Source of the DNA: Methanobacteriota archaeon | GTDB lineage: Archaea; Halobacteriota; Methanomicrobia; Methanomicrobiales; Methanocorpusculaceae | Length of the DNA stretch: 64,000 nucleotides | Direction of reading: 5' to 3' | Assembly (NCBI GenBank): GCA_023396065.1 | Contig: JAEWXF010000025.1 | Location: forward strand, 1,201 to 65,200 | Part shown: one piece after another, positions 9,693-19,546 of the stretch | How positions within the stretch are numbered: position 1 is the stretch's first letter | Layout: every line of letters begins with the position of its first letter | The notes under the pieces: model-generated | What the model was told of the DNA's origin: nothing | The model's input: the letters and a program-made list of their open reading frames with translations, nothing else | Databases searched by the model: none | Position numbers and translations under genes: made by a program

Positions 9693-11147
9693 ATGCAGAA
9701 CGAGCACCCAACCGGTCATGCCCTGACTCTTATTCTGATATCAGCGTCACTGGCAACTTTCATGTCATCGCTTGACGGCACGATCGTCAACATCGCCCTT
9801 CCGACCATCTCCGAAGTCTTCAATCTCTCCACATCCTCCGTTGCATGGGTATCCACCATCTACCTGCTGGTCATGGCAGGATGTCTCCTCATCATCGGCA
9901 AAGCCGCCGACGTCATCGGCTTCAAAAAAATATTTCTCACCGGGTTTGTCCTCTTCACTCTCGGCTCATTCACCTGCGGATTCCTTCCGGAACTCACCGG
10001 CTCCTTTGAAACCCTTCTTGCTTCCCGGGTCCTGCAGGCACTCGGCGGCGCCATGATGACCGTCATCGCTCCCGCCATGCTCTCCTATTACCTACCGGAT
10101 GATCGGCGCGCCAAAGGTCTTTCTCTGGTCGTTCTCTTTTCCGCAGTCGGCATGGCCCTTGGTCCGACGCTTGGCGGATATCTCACCGAATACATCTCAT
10201 GGCACTGGATCTTTTACATCAATGTCCCGATTGGTATCATCGCAATCATCCTTGGTATCATCGTCCTCCCGAAATCTGTTGCCACAGCCTCATCATTCAA
10301 GGGCTTTGACATCATCGGTGCAGCCCTTGCCTTCATCGGACTTGCCGCTCTCCTCTTCGCCTTCTCGGAAGGCCTCGCTCTCGGCTGGACCTCTGTACCG
10401 ATTCTTACCTCACTCATCCTTGCCGTACTCGGCCTGGGATGTTTTGCCTGGCGCGAACTTCGCCACCCCGACCCCCTGCTTGATCTCCGCCTCTTCAAAA
10501 GCAGGTCCTTTCTTACCCTGAACATCCTGTTTGCCCTCCTGTTCTTCACCTTCGCCGGGGCAAACTATCTCCTGCCGTTTTATCTGGAACATGTCCACAA
10601 CTACAGTTCCTCCTTCGCGGGGCTGATCATCACGGCACTCTCCGTCGGCATGATGATTGCCGGCATTGTTTCCGGGCAGATCTACCTCAAACTCATCGGA
10701 AAAATCCGGTATCTCGTCATGACCGGTGCTGCCCTGATCTGTATCGGATTTCTGCTCCTCACCCATCTTACGCCGGTCACCGGCCTTGGGATCATCGTCT
10801 CAGCCCTCGCGATCATCGGACTTGGACTCGGGCTCACCACAACCCCTCTGACCACCCTGATCATGGGTGCCGTCCCTTCATCCCGGCAGGGTATGGCATC
10901 CAGCCTCATCGGGCTGGAACGGTTTGCTCCGATGACCATCGGTGTTGCCGTCTACAACATCATCTTCCTCTATGGAATTCTGACGGTTGCAGCCAAAGCA
11001 GGTATCACCGAACAGCCTCCCTCCTCCATCTCAGCCTATATCCTCAGCGCAGGGTTTGATCTCGCATTCATCGTATCTGCAGTCCTTGCATTCATCCTCG
11101 TCATCCTCTGTATCTTCATCCGGGAGACAAAAGCCGCAGAAGAGTAA
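9693..11147 (+). CDS. DHA2-family (EmrB/QacA-like) MFS drug:H+ antiporter
   Basis: FMSSLDGTIVNIALP, GPTLGG, WIFYINVPIG, PLLDLRLF; about 14 hydrophobic segments. Confidence 0.9.
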   Translation: MQNEHPTGHALTLILISASLATFMSSLDGTIVNIALPTISEVFNLSTSSVAWVSTIYLLVMAGCLLIIGKAADVIGFKKIFLTGFVLFTLGSFTCGFLPELTGSFETLLASRVLQALGGAMMTVIAPAMLSYYLPDDRRAKGLSLVVLFSAVGMALGPTLGGYLTEYISWHWIFYINVPIGIIAIILGIIVLPKSVATASSFKGFDIIGAALAFIGLAALLFAFSEGLALGWTSVPILTSLILAVLGLGCFAWRELRHPDPLLDLRLFKSRSFLTLNILFALLFFTFAGANYLLPFYLEHVHNYSSSFAGLIITALSVGMMIAGIVSGQIYLKLIGKIRYLVMTGAALICIGFLLLTHLTPVTGLGIIVSALAIIGLGLGLTTTPLTTLIMGAVPSSRQGMASSLIGLERFAPMTIGVAVYNIIFLYGILTVAAKAGITEQPPSSISAYILSAGFDLAFIVSAVLAFILVILCIFIRETKAAEE

Positions 11148-11154
11148 AAAATCC

Positions 11155-11161
11155 TTTTTTT
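11155..11161 (+). terminator. Oligo-T archaeal terminator after first MFS gene
   Basis: T7 tract 8 nt after the TAA stop. Confidence 0.55.
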
Positions 11162-11170
11162 GCATAGGCA

Positions 11171-11178
11171 TATATATA
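11171..11178 (+). promoter_or_regulatory. TATA box for second MFS gene
   Basis: TATATATA about 22-29 nt upstream of ATG 11200, consistent with a leaderless or short-leader archaeal promoter. Confidence 0.55.
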
Positions 11179-11199
11179 GTTACGCCGAATAGTTCAGAA

Positions 11200-12696
11200 A
11201 TGTCAGATCTTCCCGTGAAAAAGACCGCAGCTGCCGGAATCGGCCTGTTGACGTTTGTCGTTGCCCTGTCATCATTTATGTCAGCGCTCGACGGCACCAT
11301 TGTCAACATTGCAATTCCGACCATCTCCGAAATATTCAGTCTGTCAACGGCTGATGTCAGCTGGGTTGCAACCATCTATCTGCTGGTCATGGCAGGTGCC
11401 ATCCTCATCTGCGGCAAAGTTGCCGATGTTGTGGGGTTCCGGAAAATATTCCTTGCCGGATTCAGTATTTTTACCATCGGTTCCTTTGCCTGCGGATTCC
11501 TGCCGGAGTTTCTCGGCTCGTATCCCTCGCTTCTTGCCGGCAGAGTTCTGCAGGCAGTCGGCGGCGCTATGCTGATGGCAATTGCCCCGGCGATTATCTC
11601 AACCTTTGTCCCCCGGGAACAGAAAGGAAAAGCGATGGGTATTCTGATGACCATTGCAGCCCTTGGAACTGCACTCGGCCCGGTTATCGGTGGTTTTCTT
11701 ACCCAGTATCTCTCCTGGGCCTGGATTTTCTACATCAATGTCCCGATCGGCATCATTGCAATCGTGCTTGGGGCAAAAGCAATTCCGCATCAGGATAAAA
11801 GTACGGCTTCCCTTGCAACCTTTGACAAATACGGGGCAATTTTCATCTTTCTGGGTCTTGCAACCCTGCTGTTTGCCATCTCGCAGGGACTTTCCATGGG
11901 CTGGACAAACCCGATCATCCTCGGCTGTTTCGGCATTGCGATTGTTTCTCTGGCAGGATTTGTTATCCGTCAGCTTCGGTATGCCGAGCCGCTGCTGGAC
12001 CTCCGGCTGTTCAAACATCCCAACTTCCTCCTGACGAACCTGACCTTCATCCTAGTGATCGGCAGCTTCGCCGGGGTCAACTATCTGATGCCGTTTTTCC
12101 TGCAGTACGTCCGGGATTTCAGCGTTTCAAACGCCGGTCTTGTTCTGACCTCGCTGTCTGTTGGTATGATGATCACCGGTGTTCTGTCCGGAATTCTCTA
12201 TAACAAATTCGGCGGAAAGAAGCTCTGCATCGCAGGGGCCGTTCTGCTGCTTGTCGGCTACTATCTGCTTTGGCATATGGATGCTGCCACCACTGCCGGG
12301 TATGTGGTTACCGCACTGTTCGTGGTCGGTCTCGGCCTTGGTATGATGATGTGTCCCCTTACCAATATGGTGCTCTCGTCCGTTGCAAAATGTAAGCAGG
12401 GCATGGTGTCCAGTCTCACCGGTCTGGAACAGTTCGCTCCGATGACCATCGGAATTGCCGTCTACAATCTTATTCTCGTCTGGGGTATTACGACAATTGC
12501 GACAGCGGAAAATATTACCGAGGCTACACCGGTCGATATTCAGATGAATCTCTTAGCCCACGGGTTTGATGTGGCATTCCTCGCTTCGTTTATCCTCGCG
12601 GTCTTCGTCTTTATCCTCTCGCTGATCATTAAGCAGACCACGCACCCGGATCATCTGGAGACGCAGGAGCTGGAACATGCGGGCGGCATTATCTAA
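11200..12696 (+). CDS. DHA2-family MFS transporter (tandem paralog)
   Basis: FMSALDGTIVNIAIP, WIFYINVPIG, GLEQFAPMTIG closely parallel the upstream paralog; real start ATG 11200. Confidence 0.9.
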   Translation: MSDLPVKKTAAAGIGLLTFVVALSSFMSALDGTIVNIAIPTISEIFSLSTADVSWVATIYLLVMAGAILICGKVADVVGFRKIFLAGFSIFTIGSFACGFLPEFLGSYPSLLAGRVLQAVGGAMLMAIAPAIISTFVPREQKGKAMGILMTIAALGTALGPVIGGFLTQYLSWAWIFYINVPIGIIAIVLGAKAIPHQDKSTASLATFDKYGAIFIFLGLATLLFAISQGLSMGWTNPIILGCFGIAIVSLAGFVIRQLRYAEPLLDLRLFKHPNFLLTNLTFILVIGSFAGVNYLMPFFLQYVRDFSVSNAGLVLTSLSVGMMITGVLSGILYNKFGGKKLCIAGAVLLLVGYYLLWHMDAATTAGYVVTALFVVGLGLGMMMCPLTNMVLSSVAKCKQGMVSSLTGLEQFAPMTIGIAVYNLILVWGITTIATAENITEATPVDIQMNLLAHGFDVAFLASFILAVFVFILSLIIKQTTHPDHLETQELEHAGGII

Positions 12697-12700
12697 TCCC

Positions 12701-12707
12701 TTTTTTT
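12701..12707 (+). terminator. Oligo-T terminator
   Basis: TAATCCC-T7 directly after the stop; the same TAATC(C)-T7 pattern follows genes at 19530 and 37009. Confidence 0.55.
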
Positions 12708-12716
12708 GAGATACTT

Positions 12717-13592
12717 TTGTATCGGTGCGGGTTGCATACTGTATATACGAAACAGGTTATTTATCTCTGTATAGTCATAATTGCGGCAGTTACGGCAGGG
12801 TGTACCAGCCTCCCGGCAGCGGAGGATACCCGGCCGGTTCTGCTGGTGACCGTGCCGCCGATGCAGGAGATCGTGTCAGTCGTGGCAGGTGACGGGTTCC
12901 GGGTGGAGACAATTGTCCCTGAGGGTGTGTCCCCCCATACCTATGAACCCGGTCCCTCGGATCTCGCGGTGTTCGGCGGGGCAGTCCTCTGGTTCTCTTT
13001 AGGTGAGGGATTCCTCCCTCTGGAAGAACAGATATCCGGCGCTCTGCCGGACGTGCCGACGGCAGAGGCAGGCTCAGGAATTTCCGCAGTGGTCGAGGCA
13101 GGTAGTGACGAGGGTGAGACTGATCCGCATATCTGGATGTCGGCGGTGAACGGCATGCAGATGACACAAACGGTCCGGGACGCATTATCCGACCGGTTCC
13201 CGGAGTCTGCGGATCAGTTCTCCGCAAATGCGGATGCCTATCTGATGCGGCTTGCGGATGCGGATGCAGCGCTCCGCACGGCTGCCGGACGGATGAATCC
13301 TCCTGCATTTCTGGCAACTCACGGTTCGTTCGGGTATCTTGCCCGGGACTACCAGATAACACAGATGGTGATTGCCGAAGGAGAAAAGGAACCGGGAGCA
13401 AAGGCTCTGGCCCGGCTTGCAGACTCTGCGAAAGCGGCAAACATTCATATAATCATAACCGAGCCGCTGTCCGGTACTCGTGCCGCAGATGTGCTGGCTG
13501 AGGAGATCGGTGTTGTGCCGCAGAAGATCGACCCGCTTTCACCGCGATATCTGCAGACTCTGGAAAGAGTTGCGGAGGTGTTGTCTTCATGA
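12717..13592 (+). CDS. Zn/Mn ABC transporter substrate-binding lipoprotein (ZnuA/TroA cluster A-I)
   Basis: Lipobox TAGC, SPHTYEP, DPHIWMS, HGSFGYLA; start uncertain. Confidence 0.9.
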   Translation: MYRCGLHTVYTKQVIYLCIVIIAAVTAGCTSLPAAEDTRPVLLVTVPPMQEIVSVVAGDGFRVETIVPEGVSPHTYEPGPSDLAVFGGAVLWFSLGEGFLPLEEQISGALPDVPTAEAGSGISAVVEAGSDEGETDPHIWMSAVNGMQMTQTVRDALSDRFPESADQFSANADAYLMRLADADAALRTAAGRMNPPAFLATHGSFGYLARDYQITQMVIAEGEKEPGAKALARLADSAKAANIHIIITEPLSGTRAADVLAEEIGVVPQKIDPLSPRYLQTLERVAEVLSS

Positions 13593-14371
13593 AGACCGTT
13601 CTGGATGTGGAGCATCTGGTGGTGGAACGCGGGGGCCACGTGGTTCTGGATGATATCAGTTTTACCTTGTATGCAGGGGACGTGGCAGCAGTGATCGGGC
13701 CGAACGGGGGAGGGAAGACCTCTTTTCTGATGACAATCCTCGGACTGCTGCAGCCGGCGGCAGGCTCGATTGCAATCTTTGGAAAGCCGCCCGCCGAGGC
13801 GCGGTCCCGTATCGGGTATGTGCCGCAGATGCATACGTTCGATTTTGCCTATCCCATGACGGTGCTGGATATGGTTCTGTCCGGCAGACTGGGCCATATT
13901 CCGGGACTCATCAAGCGGTACCGGATCGAAGACTATGCGGCTGCCCGCCGGGCACTTGCAGCGATGGACCTGAGCGGCTATGAAGACCGGCCGATTGCAA
14001 ATCTTTCCGGCGGCGAACAGCAGCGGGTGGTTATTTCCCGGGCGCTTGCCGGGGAACCGGAACTGCTGATTCTGGATGAACCGACGGTGTATGTGGACGG
14101 ACCGACGGGAGAACGGCTGATGGGACTGCTGGAGGAGCTGCGGCATACAATGACGATTCTGATGGTGACCCATGATGTGGGCGCAATGTCGGGACATGTG
14201 AACCGGGTGGCCTGTCTGAACCGGAAGCTGTACACGCATGACTCGGATACGATCACCGGGGATATGGTGGCGGCAGCATACGGCTGTCCGGTTGAGCTGA
14301 TCACCCACGGGACGGTGCCTCACCGGGTTTTGCAGGAGCATGCGGATGAGCCGGGAGGGATGAAGCAGTGA
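13589..14371 (+). CDS. Zn/Mn ABC transporter ATP-binding subunit (ZnuC-like)
   Basis: GPNGGGKT, IGYVPQ, LSGGEQQR, LDEPT, THD; C-terminal His-containing tail. Confidence 0.92.
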   Translation: MKTVLDVEHLVVERGGHVVLDDISFTLYAGDVAAVIGPNGGGKTSFLMTILGLLQPAAGSIAIFGKPPAEARSRIGYVPQMHTFDFAYPMTVLDMVLSGRLGHIPGLIKRYRIEDYAAARRALAAMDLSGYEDRPIANLSGGEQQRVVISRALAGEPELLILDEPTVYVDGPTGERLMGLLEELRHTMTILMVTHDVGAMSGHVNRVACLNRKLYTHDSDTITGDMVAAAYGCPVELITHGTVPHRVLQEHADEPGGMKQ

Positions 14372-15177
14372 TGGAGATTTTTTCCTATGTGTTTATGCAG
14401 CATGCGTTTCTTGCGGGCATTCTGGCAAGTGTGGTCTGCGGAATCATGGGAAGTTATATTATTGTCCGGCAGATGACCGCCGTCTCGGGAGGGATTTCCC
14501 ATGCGACGTTCGGCGGTGTGGGGTTAGGCTATTTCCTGGGCTTTTCGCCGCTTGCCGGAGCGGCGGCGTTTGCCGTCGGGTCGGCACTGGTGATCGGGGT
14601 ACTGAAGGAGTACGCCCAGCAGAAGGTGGATACGCTGATCGGGGCGGTCTGGGCGGTAGGTATGGCGCTTGGTGTGTTGTTTGTGGCGCTGACACCCGGC
14701 TATGTGCCGGACATTGAGTCGTATCTGTTTGGAAATATTCTGCTGGTGACGAACGCGGATCTGCTTGCCGCAGGGCTGCTTGCCGGAGTTATCGTGATGG
14801 TAGTTGCTCTGCTCTACTATCCGCTGATGGCGGCAACGTTTGATGAGGAGTATGCAACGGTGATGAATCTGCCGGTTAAGCTGCTGAATCTGATTCTTTT
14901 GATTCTGATTGCGCTTGCGGTGGTTATGCTGATTCAGGTTGTGGGAATTATTCTTGCGATTGCGCTTCTGACACTGCCTGCGGCAATCTGCCGGATGCTG
15001 ACAACGCGGCTTTCGGTGATGATGGCCGGCGCCGTGCTGGTCGGTATCGTGGTCTGCAGTCTGGGGATTGTGTTTTCGTATCTGTGGGATGTTCCGTCCG
15101 GTGCGGCGATAACTCTTGTGGCGGCGGCGCTGTATCTCGGGGTTCTGGGATGCAGGCGTGCCGTGATCAGGCGGTAA
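14368..15177 (+). CDS. Zn/Mn ABC transporter permease (ZnuB-like)
   Basis: GGISHATFGG, SYLFGNIL, TFDEEYA, VPSGAAI. Confidence 0.92.
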   Translation: MMEIFSYVFMQHAFLAGILASVVCGIMGSYIIVRQMTAVSGGISHATFGGVGLGYFLGFSPLAGAAAFAVGSALVIGVLKEYAQQKVDTLIGAVWAVGMALGVLFVALTPGYVPDIESYLFGNILLVTNADLLAAGLLAGVIVMVVALLYYPLMAATFDEEYATVMNLPVKLLNLILLILIALAVVMLIQVVGIILAIALLTLPAAICRMLTTRLSVMMAGAVLVGIVVCSLGIVFSYLWDVPSGAAITLVAAALYLGVLGCRRAVIRR

Positions 15178-15181
15178 ACGG

Positions 15182-15895
15182 TTACAGACCGCGGGTGATC
15201 AGGTCCTGTGAGACGCGTGCCGGGATGAGGTCCGGCACAGGTCCCCATGATGCGGTCCAGTCCCCGATAACAGCATACACGCCGCATACTTCAGAGGCGG
15301 AAAGCGGGAGGGCGGCAAACGGTTCGTTTTCCGGACAAAGGACGTTACAGATACCGGTTGCCCATGCGTCCGCCCGAGCGGGATTTTTTGAGAAAACGAC
15401 TACTGCATCTGCGATCCCGAAGGAGACGGAGGGGCCGACGGTGGCCGATGAGGTACAGATACCAAGGATGCTGTTCTGCGGCGGGACGCGGAATGCATAC
15501 TTTCCTGATACGGGGGCGGACCCTGCATAGAGGCCGACCCGGATATCCCGGTCTGAGATGAGGGCGATGTCACCGCCATTGTCGATGAGGCCGAAAGCGG
15601 CCCCGGCCTGCTGCATGGCGTCAACGCCTGCCCATGCAATGGAGGCGGCTACGGCTGCCATCGGGCCGACATTGGCATTTGCTGCTGCGTCCGCCATTCT
15701 GCGGACGATCTCCGGGGCATCGATGTTCGCAGGTACCGGTGAGTAGGAAGTTCCAAAAAAAGGGTCCGCCTGGAGATACTCCTCCAGCTGACTGCGTGCT
15801 GTCATCATGCCTTCTTTTGCCGCAGTTATGTGGTCTGCGTCATCGGCAAGGATGGTGGTAATGGTCTCGCGGTACTCGAAGTGTTCACGAATCAT
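15182..15895 (-). CDS. UPF0280 / COG2122 ApbE-like protein (sulfide assimilation associated)
   Basis: VGPMAAVAA, DNGGDIA, GICTSSATVGPSVSFG, ADAWAT; ATGA-coupled to the upstream ferredoxin. Confidence 0.88.
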   Translation of the reverse strand: MIREHFEYRETITTILADDADHITAAKEGMMTARSQLEEYLQADPFFGTSYSPVPANIDAPEIVRRMADAAANANVGPMAAVAASIAWAGVDAMQQAGAAFGLIDNGGDIALISDRDIRVGLYAGSAPVSGKYAFRVPPQNSILGICTSSATVGPSVSFGIADAVVVFSKNPARADAWATGICNVLCPENEPFAALPLSASEVCGVYAVIGDWTASWGPVPDLIPARVSQDLITRGL

Positions 15896-16281
15896 TTTTG
15901 GAGGCTTAACGCCCGCTGCGGACAGTACATCACGCAGCGGCCGCAGAGGACACACCGTTCGGAGTTTACCTGCAGCCGCCAGTCGGGATCAAAGGAGAAG
16001 ACCTGTTTCTGGCAGATGCTGATACACAGACCGCAGTCGACGCATTCCGTCAGGCTGTGGGAGACAGCGTCTTTCTGGATTTTTACGGTAACGCCGGGGG
16101 CGGCGGTCAGGGCTTTGATGAATTTGTCCGCAAGGTCGTCCCGGACGTCCAGCAGGGTCCAGCCGTCATCTCCGTCGATCTGGGCGCGTTCCACATTCAC
16201 CGGAACGCCGGATTTCAGGATTGCATTTGCAATGTTTGCGTCCAGTACGCCGGTCCGGTCGAAGGTTACCATGAGTTTCAT
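15892..16281 (-). CDS. NIL-domain / 2x[4Fe-4S] ferredoxin subunit of aspartate-semialdehyde sulfurtransferase (MA1822-like)
   Basis: N-terminal NIL domain (VNVERAQI) plus CVDCGLCISIC and CVLCGRCVMYCP. Confidence 0.88.
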   Translation of the reverse strand: MKLMVTFDRTGVLDANIANAILKSGVPVNVERAQIDGDDGWTLLDVRDDLADKFIKALTAAPGVTVKIQKDAVSHSLTECVDCGLCISICQKQVFSFDPDWRLQVNSERCVLCGRCVMYCPQRALSLQK

Positions 16282-17786
16282 TTGTGCCACCTCTCTCCGA
16301 CGAGATCCCCTAGATCATAGGAGTTCAGGAGGCCGAGCACTTTCTTGGTGGCATCGACGACGACGAGGGCACCGATGTTGTTGACCTGCAGTTTGCGTGC
16401 GGCGAGGTCTACGGGTTCGTCGGGCAGGACGGTGATGACGTTTCTGGTCATGATTTCTGCGACTGTCTGGTCTTCTTCATCGCGGGCGAAGGCTTTGGAG
16501 ATGTCGAAGGTGGTGACGATACCGATCAGTCTGTTTTCTGCGTCGATGACCGGCAGATGGTTGGTGTTTCCTTTCAGCAGGCGGTTTGCGGCTTCTTTGA
16601 CGCTTTCGTTTCCGGTGATGGTGACAAAGGTTGCGACCATCATTTCGCTTACCCTGCGGGTTGAGCCGTGCTCTGCCATGGGTTTGTTGACCTTGACTGC
16701 GTTGATCGGGCGGGTGGCGGCTGCCATGGTGAAGGTGCCTGCTTCGATTCTTGCTTTCAGTTCATTTGCAACTTCGCGGGCTTTCCGGTAGCTGGAGAGG
16801 GGTGAGGTCCGGATTTCTTCTCCGTCGATTTCGACCGAGCCACTCTTGAGTTCCGCGTAGGTGACTTTCCGGATGGTAGGCCGGTCACGGAACGGTGTGC
16901 CGTAGTCGACGATGCTGGTAACGAGATCTTCGTCCCTGACTGCGGTGTGCCGGACGATGTCTTCGTTTAAGAGCGGGATCGGGACGCCGACTCCCACATA
17001 CATGGTGACACCGTATCCGGTCATGGTGGCGGCGCGGATGTAGTCGGGGGACATTTCCTTCATGTCTCCGGTAGTCATGAGGGTTCCGAATCCGGCTCCC
17101 GGTGAGTGCTGGGTTCCTTCGCCGACAACGGTGCCGTTGGCACCGCCGAGGAAGATCGGGGTCCCGGCGCCGATTACCGAGAAGGTCGGATCGTTCGGCA
17201 GCGGAGAGAGGGTGCCTGCACCCGAGTAGGTGATGTTTCTGTGGCCTGGCAGGAGGTATCCCATGTAGGTTTTGATTGCCCGGTCACTCATATTGGTGGC
17301 GGCGTTGTAACACTGGTAGGAGTTGCGGGGGTTGACCATGATTGCCTGATTGAGGTCGGCGAGGGTGAACTCGTTGGTGATCGACTGGCGGGGATAACAG
17401 TCGGTGCCTTTGGCGCGGGCATGCAGTTCCACCGCTTTTCCGGATATAAGGTCTTCGATGACGTGGGCCCCTCCGTATTCCATATGTTTGGTGACCGATT
17501 CCTGTGTTGCGCCAAGGTAGCAGTCCACGGCTGCGACGCCGGCGTAGGCCTCGACGTTATTGAGCCACATCTTTTCCATACGGATGGGTATTTCCGGATG
17601 ACCGAAGTTGAGGAACGCTCCGGAGGAACACATTGCGCCGAAGGTGCCGGTTGTGACAACGTCCACTTCCCGGAGGGCTCCGGATACGCCAAGTTCGTCG
17701 ACGATATCCGGCATCTCTTCGGCCGTTGCAACCCGCACGCTTCCATCGCGGATACGTTCGTTTATATCGTCGATGGATTTGTACAT
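16278..17786 (-). CDS. L-aspartate semialdehyde sulfurtransferase (homocysteine synthesis, DUF39 + CBS pair; MA1821/MJ0100-like)
   Basis: DVVTTGTFGAMCSSG, TDCYPR, NPRNSYQ, NDP...IGAGTPIFLGG; C-terminal tandem CBS domains; start ATG 17786. Confidence 0.92.
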   Translation of the reverse strand: MYKSIDDINERIRDGSVRVATAEEMPDIVDELGVSGALREVDVVTTGTFGAMCSSGAFLNFGHPEIPIRMEKMWLNNVEAYAGVAAVDCYLGATQESVTKHMEYGGAHVIEDLISGKAVELHARAKGTDCYPRQSITNEFTLADLNQAIMVNPRNSYQCYNAATNMSDRAIKTYMGYLLPGHRNITYSGAGTLSPLPNDPTFSVIGAGTPIFLGGANGTVVGEGTQHSPGAGFGTLMTTGDMKEMSPDYIRAATMTGYGVTMYVGVGVPIPLLNEDIVRHTAVRDEDLVTSIVDYGTPFRDRPTIRKVTYAELKSGSVEIDGEEIRTSPLSSYRKAREVANELKARIEAGTFTMAAATRPINAVKVNKPMAEHGSTRRVSEMMVATFVTITGNESVKEAANRLLKGNTNHLPVIDAENRLIGIVTTFDISKAFARDEEDQTVAEIMTRNVITVLPDEPVDLAARKLQVNNIGALVVVDATKKVLGLLNSYDLGDLVGERWHK

Positions 17787-17911
17787 ACCTATTATAGACC
17801 CGTTTCTAGTATATAAACAGAACCTATTGAGGGGATATTGCAGTATTTGGATGGAAAAACAGGACGATACAATCCCCACAAATAATACCACGGGACACCA
17901 AATATGCATAT

Positions 17912-18619
17912 ATGTACATCGGTGAGTTCATCAGAATGCTGGAGGCCATTGCCCCTCCGGAACTTGCAGACGAATTTGACAGCGGCAGAATCGGGCTGCT
18001 GGCGGAAGGGACCTATGACATCGGGACCGTTGCCTGCGCCCTTGATGCGACGCCGCATGTCGCAGAGATGGCGGCAGAGCTGGGTGTTGATGCCCTGATT
18101 GTTCATCATCCGGCATTCTGGGCACCGATGCATGGGGTTACCGGCAGAAACGCCGACATCCTGCGCCCGCTGCTGCGGGCGAATATCAATCTGTACGCGA
18201 TGCATACGAACTATGATCATGCGGAGGGAGGGATCAATGACTGTCTGGCCGCGGAGGTTGGTCTGACGGATCAGGTCAGAACGAGTCTGGGCGTGATCGG
18301 TACCATGACGAAATCGTTTGCAGAGATTGCGGATATCCTCGGCTGCGGGCTGCGGGTCTGGGGTGATGTGGAGGAGGTCAGCCGGCTTGCCGTTGCCGGC
18401 GGTGCGGCCTTCGACTGGGACCTGATCACTGAAGCAGCGGAGCTGGGAGCGGAGGCGTATCTGGCGTCCGAGCTGAAGTACAATATCGCCCGAGAGTCCC
18501 CGATTCCCTGCATTGAAGCAACCCATTATGCTCTGGAGGCGCCGGGTATGCGCAGACTTGCCGAGAAGCACGGCTGGATTTTTATTGAAGATATTCCGGA
18601 GACACACATTCTTGTATGA
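17912..18619 (+). CDS. Nif3-like dinuclear metal center protein
   Basis: ALDAT, VHHP, MHTNYD, ATHYALE. Confidence 0.9.
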   Translation: MYIGEFIRMLEAIAPPELADEFDSGRIGLLAEGTYDIGTVACALDATPHVAEMAAELGVDALIVHHPAFWAPMHGVTGRNADILRPLLRANINLYAMHTNYDHAEGGINDCLAAEVGLTDQVRTSLGVIGTMTKSFAEIADILGCGLRVWGDVEEVSRLAVAGGAAFDWDLITEAAELGAEAYLASELKYNIARESPIPCIEATHYALEAPGMRRLAEKHGWIFIEDIPETHILV

Positions 18620-18969
18620 TTCATCCCTGGCAGGTTCTGAAAACGGAGGGGACCTTAAACGAGACCGTCCGGCAGGCGTTCATCCATGCATACGGAAAAC
18701 GGGGGAGCGAAGCTGTGGATGCGGTCCGGGACAGCCGCGTGAAAAAGTACCGTGATTACTTTGTGGTGGTCGGAAACTCGGGTGAGTATTATATTGAGGG
18801 GGATTTCTGCAGCTGTGAGGCGCGGATGTACGGGAAGGAATGCTGGCATACGCTTGCGGTCAGAATCGCTGAGGAACTGGGAATGTATGAGACGTATAAT
18901 CTCTGGTATTATAAGGACGGTGTGGATGAGGATGAGCCTGAGTATGAACAAGAATCCCCTGGTCCCTGA
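18616..18969 (+). CDS. SWIM zinc-finger protein
   Basis: FCSC...ECWH (CxC-x-CxH) motif; ATGA overlap with the Nif3 gene. Confidence 0.8.
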   Translation: MIHPWQVLKTEGTLNETVRQAFIHAYGKRGSEAVDAVRDSRVKKYRDYFVVVGNSGEYYIEGDFCSCEARMYGKECWHTLAVRIAEELGMYETYNLWYYKDGVDEDEPEYEQESPGP

Positions 18970-19008
18970 TGCCCATCTTTAAAACCTCTGATGCCGACAT
19001 GTATACAA

Positions 19009-19527
19009 ATGGCTTCGATACTCGTTACCTGCTACAGCCGTACCGGCAAGACGAAAGTTCTCGCAGAAGCAATCGGTCGCGGCGCAGCTGAAATTGAGGG
19101 TGTTACGGTTGATGTTCTGTCGTTCAACCGGGTGACCGCTAGTGACTTTGCCAAATATGACGGGATTATTCTCGGCTCTCCGGTGTATTTCGGTGGGGTC
19201 GCATCCGAACTGAAAGAGTTAATCGATGACACAACCTTTGTCCGCGGGAAACTGATCGGCAAGGTCGGTGCCGCATTTACCACCGCAGGAGACCGGACCG
19301 GCGGGAAAGAGACCGCGATTCTTTCCATTGTCCAGGCGATGCTGATCCACGGCATGATTGTTGTCGGTGATCCGATTGCAAACTCGGAAGGAAACGAGGA
19401 GCATAACGGCGGTCACTACGGCCTTGCAGCGGACGGTCAGATCACCGAAACGGATATTGCGCACGGGGTTACCTTTGGCCGGTATGTGGCGTCCATCGTT
19501 GCCAAAGTTTGTGCCACCGGGAAATAA
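19009..19527 (+). CDS. WrbA-like flavodoxin-fold NAD(P)H:quinone oxidoreductase
   Basis: YSRTGKT, LGSPVYFG, GKVGAAF, GGKETA, HGMIVVG, HYG. Confidence 0.85.
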   Translation: MASILVTCYSRTGKTKVLAEAIGRGAAEIEGVTVDVLSFNRVTASDFAKYDGIILGSPVYFGGVASELKELIDDTTFVRGKLIGKVGAAFTTAGDRTGGKETAILSIVQAMLIHGMIVVGDPIANSEGNEEHNGGHYGLAADGQITETDIAHGVTFGRYVASIVAKVCATGK

Positions 19528-19546
19528 TCTTTTTTTCAACCGAAAC

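Noticed and set aside
10987..11199. N-terminal extension of the second MFS (569 aa)
   Set aside because: It overlaps the previous gene out of frame and spans a terminator and TATA box; the true start is ATG 11200
17912..18619. Nif3-like gene as hcgD of [Fe]-hydrogenase cofactor synthesis
   Set aside because: No hmd or other hcg genes are adjacent; only the general Nif3 family is supportable
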